A stretch of 64,000 nucleotides of DNA from Macrostomum lignano (Eukaryota), in assembly GCA_002269645.1 (NCBI GenBank), contig NIVC01003906.1, forward strand, positions 1 to 64,000. Reading direction: 5' to 3'. The position numbers and the translations under genes were made by a program. Positions 56,147 through 64,000 of the stretch are shown piece after piece (the stretch's first letter is position 1; each line of letters opens with the position of its first letter). The notes under the pieces were generated by a model. That model saw only the letters and a program-made list of their open reading frames with translations. It ran no database searches and was not told the DNA's origin.

Positions 56147-59100
56147 AGCATTTATTTTACTATGTCCACTAATCACTATACTAAAAACGTGAAGACTGCA
56201 ATGAAGTTAGTATGAAATATATTGATTCACTTTGGTTTCATTATCTTCATAAAAGTTTAAATATTAGAGATTATTTATGCAGGACTTTAATATCTTTAAA
56301 AAAATTACTGCTTAAAACATTGCTACTGTTGAAATTAAAGGATATTTCTATGAATAGAGGATATCTAACAAGTTTATAGATATTATAGTTTAAAACATGT
56401 AGGTATATGTATATCTAGAGAGCAAAAAAAACTATTTATATAACAAAGCTATATAAAATTTGATAATACAAGTGTTCAAAAAATTGACTATATGTTTTAT
56501 TCTAATAATAACTTTTTCATTAAAATATTCTAGATTAAAAAAAGATTAGTTGGCTATACTGTTGTTAATAAAGAATAATATTGAACCATTATTTAAACAG
56601 TTTATTTATAGCCCTCTAAACTCATCCCTAGTTAGGTCTAATGATTGATAGTACATTATTTTCTTAGCCTTATTTCTAATTTAAATAACTTATCTAAACT
56701 AACCAAAATATAAAGTAAAAAGGACATTGCATTGCTAAGTAAGAAAAAGATAAACCTAACAAATTAAAGTATTTTTTAGATAAGTAAAAGTACTAATACA
56801 ATTAGTAGTAGCATAGGTGAGAGGCAAAAGAGGCTATAGCCCCTAAATGACTATTGTTCAAAGCTTTCCAAGGGATGACTATTATATCTTCTAGTATTAG
56901 CATTTTTATGAAATTTTAGCATAATGTTGTTCTAATTCTAAAAATTTGCTAGGGGGTGACCACCTAATAAATATCCCCCTTCCTAATTAAAGGTACTGCA
57001 CTATCATTAAATATGTAAATTCCCATTTAAAAATACTGATCAAATAATTAAGTTTAATTAGATACCTAAGTATGCCAATGCTTTAGTGTCTATAGCAAAA
57101 TAAAAGAGAACTATTTAATAAAACTTGACCCTTGCTTATAATAGGATTTAGAATATTTAAGGCTCAAATAATGGGCTTATTCCAGATAAGATGGACATAT
57201 TTGGAAAAAAGAAAAAAGTCAATATTTTTGCTTACCATTGCCTTATCAGCCAATTTTTTGCCAAATGTTTTAAGTGTGTAATATATACAATCTAAGAATA
57301 TATTAATGGTAAAATGTTGGATTAGTATATTATCAATTGGCAAAAAGTCATTTTTGGAAAAATTTGGACATTTTTCTAAGCAAAAGACATCAATAACTTT
57401 GTGTACCTTTTAAAAACAAATAGAAAGCTTTGGGAGGTTGAAACAAACTATAGATAAAATTATAGTACTTGCATAATCAGATAAAAACATTAGCGACCAT
57501 ATAATCTATTATATTTTAATATATTGATACCTCAAAGTTACTGAATTGACAGAAAAAAATGTGTTACAACCATAAGGCTGCCTTTTCTTTTGTATCTTTG
57601 TTGCCTTTATGAGTTTATATATTCTAATAAAAGAATATGATTTCTGAAGATGTTCTTAATCAAATTTAAAAAAATGTATTGCAAAATATCAAAAATGAAA
57701 AAATGTTATAAGACTTTTATCTTTTAGTTTCTGTGTCAAAAATCCTGTTGTTATGACCATAAGTGCCATTCAAGGTTTAATAGCATCTATACTAATGATG
57801 ATATCTATATGAAACAATATAAATATATTCTTAACAAAATAATCCTTTATTCGAAATATTGGTTTAGTATATTCTATTATTAGATTTGATTTTATAAGTA
57901 AAAATAGCCTGTCATGTTACAACCATAATTATATGGAATGGCCCAATGTAGCTTGCTTGGAAAATAGTAAATAAATAAAAGTAATAATCAACATAAAGAA
58001 AAGAACTATATTAAGGTTTCCATTGCCTAACTATTTTGTCCACAATGTTTATAATAGATAAAATGCATTAGCATTTGGCATGATTAGATATCTAATAAAA
58101 TTCAATTAAATATTAATTTCAAATAAGTATTAAAACTTAATTATTCTAAATATTAAGGGTAATTAAAAATAGGCATAACAGCATTAGCAAAACACTATAA
58201 ACAATACATAGTCATATGATAATCTATAGTCTATAGAATACCTTACTATTCATAGACATTATTTTAATAAATTGAATAGCTTTATAGAATTTTTATCTAT
58301 TAGTATTGCCTATAGTTTTTCCAAGACAACACCAATAAGAATAATCAATATATTTATTTGCAATTGCATATTTCATTATACTTGCCTGTGATATCTGACA
58401 CCCCATGGGGCAGTAAAACTCCCTAGTAAAATTTACCCTCCATCTGTCAGCCAAAAAGGCTACACAGTCCCCTAAACCCCTACCAGACCAGTCCCTAAAA
58501 TACATGGACTGAATACACGAACACCTCTGGATACACAATCACCCCAGGTAAGACTTTGGCACCCCCAAAATGAAAACCTGGATATAACGGTGATATTTTC
58601 AGGAAACACCTAGATAGTCTAAGCTAATACAATTAATACATTATGCCTATGGGCTATGGCTCTCCTTGTACTTTTCAAGCCTCCGCCAGTATTATAAGCG
58701 TATAAAAGTTCAAAGTAATAGGCAATAGAATATAGTTAGGTTATGGCAAAATAGTAAAAAAGTTTTGGTTGGGATAAATGCAACTGTGAAAAAAAACAAT
58801 TGAATAAAAATTCTGATGACAAAAAAAATAAGAATGTTCGATCAGTTAAACTTCTGAAAATTTTAGTCACGCGGGACTCAGCTGAGTAAAGCGAATGCAT
58901 TACTGCGTGAATGAAATATGAACTATATTTAGCATTAAAACAGCCTTTTCCTTCAAGCTTCGCTTAGCTTTGTCGATAGTTTTTATTTTTCTTTAATTTT
59001 ATGAGAATGAAATTGTTATATCGTTTGATTTCTAACCAACCAACGACGACTCTAAAAGTTTTAATTTGCAATAGTTTGAATAATTTTTTAACTGTAACTT

Positions 59101-59164
59101 ATTCAAACAATTAAAACTTGTTCATCATAAATCTTGATAAAATCTTCCATCCTGTCTAGCGAGA

Positions 59165-60147
59165 ATGGAATCACAAACAGGTACACGTACGTCTTTTTAT
59201 CCAGAAATCGAATCTATATTACTTGATTATTTAACCATTTGGAAGCCAAAGGGCTGCACTGCAGGCCATACCAAAACGGCCCAAAAGCCCAGAGATTCAA
59301 AAATATCTATAGCATCAAAAACCATATCCCCAGTCACTAACGCAACTGCCCAGAATGGCCACTGTATGACCCAGTATGCAGGCCATGATTAATTTAAAGA
59401 AGTGGGCACCAAGTGGTTAAGGTCTAATGATTTCTTACAAAACTTAAGCAAGAAGTGCCTATTCCTTCAGAGTCGTAATCACCATTTTATACCGGGCCGG
59501 GTTGGGGGTCGAATTGGCCGATTGGGTCACATACGTCATTGGAGGGGTTACACATAGGGCTTGTGAGACAAAATTGGTTGCGCAGTGTAATTTTTGCTTA
59601 GTGGGAATTGTGGAATCCCTGGAATGCAAATGATTTACAGATCAAGTAGCCCTGTGTATTTCAACAGTCGTCTAAAAATTGAAACTTCTCTTTTTCAGAA
59701 CAACCGGAGGAGCAAAAGGAAGCCCGCGTGCTGACAGAAACAAGCCTACTCAATCTTGGCAAAGCTGTGAAGCAAGGTGACATGAAGTTGTACATGCTGC
59801 TCAATATTCCCACTGTAGAGATCGTCCGTCAGAAGGTTCGAAACGAGGAATTGAAGATGCCAGAGTACGGTGAGTAATGCGAGATAATAAAAACACAGAT
59901 TCCAGATTAAACTACATTTTGTAGCCAATACTTATTAAAACAATAATTGTTGTGAAACTACACAGGAGCCGCTCAAAAGCTTCTACTCTATTGGAAGAAG
60001 ATGCGCAAGGGCGCAAAAGAGAATGACATCATCCGGGACCTGGACAATGCTCTGCGGGAGTCCGGCCAGGAAGAAATTGCCGACATTGTCAGCGATAGAA
60101 ACAGAATCGATCAGGAGATCGTACCTGAGCTGTTCGTATCTGCTTGA
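59165..60147 (+). CDS. Small death-domain-only protein, join(59165..59180,59699..59869,59966..60147), 122 aa
   Basis: Two phase-1 GT-AG introns give 369 nt open. SLLNLGKAV..DMKLYMLLNIPTVEI..AAQKLLLYWKKM..IRDLDNALRESGQEEIADIV fits the death-fold helix pattern. Confidence 0.72.
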
Positions 60148-60745
60148 GCTCCCTTTCAGTCTTCGATTTTGTGCCAGAAAACGACAATTCACCATTTTTA
60201 TGATCAACTAAACTAACAAAGTTGTTTTTGCCAAGCGGACGACATGATGTGCGGCCTGCTTTAATTCGATTTTGGCTCAATTCAGACATAAAAAATTCAT
60301 TCAGCCAAAAATCGAAATTCGATCCCAACAGCCACCAGAGGCGCAGCTTTAGTACTAAGCTAACTAGTATTTGCAAATCGAATCTTTATGAGGCTTGTAA
60401 AGTTATATTCGAGCAGCCAACAACGTTTTTTATAACTGAATTCCATTCCGGATTCGTACTTTTTGCTGGCGTGATATTATTACTAGTATTAATTTCTAAG
60501 GTGCTACCGCCAACCCACTTTATTGGTTTCTATTGTAGTAGAGCCTTGCGGAAGATCTTTATGCCAGTATGACGCTGAAACAATCTACACACTTGTCCAA
60601 AATATATTGAATAATTTATTGCTCGTTCATTCTTTCAAAGAAATTTTTTTTATAAAATTGGTAGTTCTTCGTTCCGTGTTTGTGGATGCCACAGTGTCAT
60701 ATAATAGCTCGTAGTTCCTCATGAAGTATATTAATTCCGGAAATT

Positions 60746-61188
60746 TTATTTAAAATTCAGCGCACTGCTGGGCACGCTCTGATAAATAACGCTTATCGCC
60801 ACACCGCTGATGGCCAAGAACAGCCAGAACAGAATTCTGTCAGCCGATCTGGCCAGAGCAACCCACGCTTCTGGGCTGCTGCACAGGCAGCTGCTCAATT
60901 CTTCCTTATGCAGTCCTCCTCGCGGCTTGCCTCTGGCAACGCTATCCCCAGCCATCTCTGCTTCATCGCTGCCCAGTTCTCTAACAACTGCCGGCTGTTG
61001 CTCCTTGCGTCTTGGGCGTCGCCGGTAGCGACAGCTTTGCAGACAGTGAAATCTGGACACGTAGCGGCGGAGACAGTCGGGCACTCGACCAGTTGAGCGG
61101 GTGAACTTTCTCACGTGAATATTGGTCACTGCGACGGCCATCAGGAGAGCCAGAGATACCATTAGCATTGTGGAGCCGAAGAGTAGAC
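60746..61188 (-). CDS. Terminal exon (TM3, loop, TM4) of a Cys-loop ligand-gated ion channel, nAChR/5-HT3-like
   Basis: Acceptor CAG at 61191-61189; LLFGSTMLMVSLALLMAVAVTNIHVR..VPDCLRR..EAWVALARSADRILFWLF. Confidence 0.8.
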
Positions 61189-61235
61189 CTGTTTGAAGTG
61201 CAGGGTGTACTTTGTTATTTTATTTGTTAGCATGC

Positions 61236-61345
61236 CAGAGGTCGGCAGACTCCAGCCCACTGGCCACATGCAGCCCGCAAAGCCTCTCTATCCGGCCCTC
61301 GGGTCCCTTGAAACTTCACAATAGCAATCCGGCCCGCTCAAGGTT
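61236..61345 (+). mobile_element. hAT-Charlie-type MITE left end
   Basis: CAGAGGTCGGCAGACTCCAGCCCACTGGCCACATGCAGCCCGC resembles recalled MER20/MER58-type TIRs; no matching right end found. Confidence 0.45.
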
Positions 61346-62895
61346 TGTTGAGCTCTTTTCAGCTCTCTTCTCTCAGCTCTCTTCTCTCAGCTCTCTTCTC
61401 TCCTCTCTCCCCTCTCCCTATCCTCTCTTCCCCTCTCCTCTCTTCTCTCTTTTGTCCCCTGTCATCTCTTCTCTCCACTCTCCCCTCTCCTCTCTTTTTT
61501 CTCCTATCTTCTCGCTTCTCTTCTCTCCTCTCTCCCCTCTCCTCTCCCCGTCTCATCTCTTCTATCTTCTCTTCTCTCCTCTCTCCACTCTCCTCTCTCC
61601 TCTCTCCCCTCTCCTCTCCCCCCTCTCATCTCTTCTCTCTTCTCTTCTCTCCTCTCTCCCTTCTCCTCTCCCCGTCTCATCTCTTCTATCTTCTCTTCTC
61701 TCCTCTCTCCACTCTCCTCTCTCCACTCTCCCCTCTCCTCTCTTTTCTCTCCTATCTTCTCTCTTTTCTTCTCTCCTCTCTCCCCTCTCCTCTCCCCCCT
61801 CTCATCTCTTCTCTCTTCTCTTCTCTCCTCTCTCCCTTCTCCTCTCCCCGTCTCATCTCTTCTATCTTCTCTTCTCTCCTCTCTCCACTCTCCTCTCTCC
61901 ACTCTCCCCTCTCCTCTCTTCTCTTCTCTCCTCTCTCCCCTCTCCTCTCCCCGTCTCATCTCTTCTATCTTCTCTTCTCTCCTCTCTCCACTCTCCTCTC
62001 TCCACTCTCCCCTCTCCTCTCTTTTCTCTCCTATCTTCTCTCTTTTCTTCTCTCCTCTCTCCCCTCTCCTCTCCCCCTCTCATCTCTTCTCTCTTCTCTT
62101 CTCTCCTCTCTCCCTTCTCCTCTCCCCGTCTCATCTCTTCTATCTTCTCTTCTCTCCTCTCTCCCCTCTCCTCTCCCCCCTCTCATCTCTTCTCTCTTCT
62201 CTTCTCTCCTCTCTCCCTTCTCCTCTCCCCGTCTCATCTCTTCTATCTTCTCTTCTCTCCTCTCTCCACTCTCCTCTCTCCACTCTCCCCTCTCCTCTCT
62301 TTTCTCTCCTCTCTTCTATCTTCTCTTCTCTCCTCTCTCCCCTCTCCTCTCCCCCCTCTCATCTCTTCTATCTTCTCTTCTCTCCTCGCTCCCCTCTCCT
62401 CTCTTTTCTCTCATCTCTTCTCTCTTCTCTTCTCTCCTCTCTCCCCTCTCCTCTCCCCCCTCTCATCTCTTCTATCTTCTCTTCTCTCCTCTCTCCACTC
62501 TCCTCTCTCCACTCTCCCCTCTCCTCTCTTTTCTCTCCTATCTTCTCTCTTTTCTTCTCTCCTCTCTCCCCTCTCCTCTCCCCCCTCTCATCTCTTCTCT
62601 CTTCTCTTCTCTCCTCTCTCCCTTCTCCTCTCCCCGTCTCATCTCTTCTATCTTCTCTTCTCTCCTCTCTCCCCTCTCCTCTCCCCCCTCTCATCTCTTC
62701 TCTCTTCTCTTCTCTCCTCTCTCCCTTCTCCTCTCCCCGTCTCATCTCTTCTATCTTCTCTTCTCTCCTCTCTCCACTCTCCTCTCTCCACTCTCCCCTC
62801 TCCTCTCTTTTCTCTCCTATCTTCTCTCTTCTCTTCTCTCCTCTCTCCCTCTCCTCTCTTTTCTCTCATCTCTTCTCTCTTCTCTCCCCTCTCCA
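61345..62895. repeat. CT-rich higher-order repeat in the channel intron
   Basis: Almost pure pyrimidine strand with recurring CCCGTCTCATCTCTTCTATC blocks. Confidence 0.95.
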
Positions 62896-63429
62896 GAGAT
62901 CAGAGCTTCTAGCCAAACACAGCAAAGTGAGATATTGAGAAATAATCATGCATGTATTCTAAGAAAATAAATTGAATTATTATAAATCTCGTACTGTAAA
63001 CAAAGATTATTATTCAAACCATAGTCAGTATAGTTGAACGGGCTGCAATTTCTTTTTCAGAGTTCTTCTATAGGCCAACAAGTAGCCAGTGTGTAGTCAA
63101 GCCCGTCTTGATAACTATGAGTAGTAGTGCTCAGTCGTTGCTTCGCTCCAAGGAGTTTTTGCATCAATGCTGAGCTACTTCGAATACTCAGGTGAGAAGC
63201 TGGGGGACATGGCAATTTGCTTCGAGCTGTACCGTTTTTGGCTCAAGTATTGCATTTTTAAAGAGTTTCCATTACCATTTTTGATACGCTTAATAAACAT
63301 CACAGTCGATATTCATTGTAATGATATCACTACTCAAATACTTCAACGCCAATTCTAGTTTCCAAGTCCTAATCAGTCCCAAACCGTCTGAAACCATCCT
63401 AAAAATCCCTAAAAAGCATTCAAATCCCA

Positions 63430-64000
63430 TCCTAATCCCAAATATCTAGATCCCATCCTAGACATAAAAATCCCATCCTGAATATCCAGATCCCATCCTA
63501 AATATCCAGATCCCATTCTAAGCATCCAGATCCCATCCTAAATATCCAGATCCCATCCTAAGCATCCAGATCCCATCCTAGGCATTCAGATCCCATCCTA
63601 AGCATCCAGATCCCATCCTAAATATCCAGATCCCATCCTAAACATTCAACTCCCATCCTAGGCATTCAGATCCCACCCTAAGCATGTAGATCCCATCCTA
63701 AGCATTCAGATCCCATCCTAAACAGTTAGATCCAATCCTAAACAGTTAGATCCCACCCTAAATATTCTAATACCATCCTAAATATCCAGATCCCATCCTA
63801 AACATACAAATCCCATCCTAAGCATCCAGATCCCATCCCAAGCATTCAACTCCCATCCTAGGCATTCAGATCCCACCCTAAGCATGCAGATCCCATCCTA
63901 AGCATTCAGATCCCATCCTAAACAGTTAGATCCAATCCTAAACAGTTAGATCCCACCCTAAATATTCTAATACCATCCTAAATATCCAGATCCCATCCTA
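63430..64000. repeat. 20-bp minisatellite running off the window end
   Basis: Unit ATCCAGATCCCATCCTAAAT. Confidence 0.95.

Noticed and set aside
56200-58650. Weak inverted similarity (about 57045-57120 vs 58000-58140) suggesting a foldback element
   Set aside because: Very AT-rich; no TIR or TSD pair could be defined by eye.
61212-62970. ORFs of 566 and 541 aa (S/L/P-rich) and antisense R/E/G-rich ORFs
   Set aside because: Translations of the CT repeat inside the channel intron.
63061-63190. Possible plus-strand exon bounded by AG and GTGAG
   Set aside because: Stops in all three frames; no link to the neighbouring genes.

Overview
Eukaryotic (metazoan, ciliated invertebrate) genomic DNA. 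GT-AG introns that almost all carry their own mini/microsatellite, and GC-rich coding exons, are consistent with a flatworm such as Macrostomum (inference only). Host genes reconstructed by hand from splice sites: a metabotropic glutamate receptor-like extracellular exon with four -1 frameshifts (-), a divergent MATE/SLC47 transporter with an in-frame stop before its C-terminal tail (+), axonemal dynein intermediate chain DNAI2 (-), a chromatin reader joining KAT6-type WH-WH-double PHD to a SAMD1/atherin-type SAM domain (-), epsin (-), a 122-aa death-domain-only protein missed by the ORF track (+), and the last exon of a Cys-loop ion channel (-). Mobile DNA: a complete 6,569-bp hAT-like transposon with TIRs, a perfect 8-bp TSD and an intact 9-exon transposase; a full-length 5.4-kb Loa-like LINE with a 13-bp TSD; a decayed Ty3/Gypsy pol; tRNA-derived SINEs; and hAT-MITE ends. 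Most remaining ORFs in the track are translations of satellites or of GC-rich non-coding DNA.
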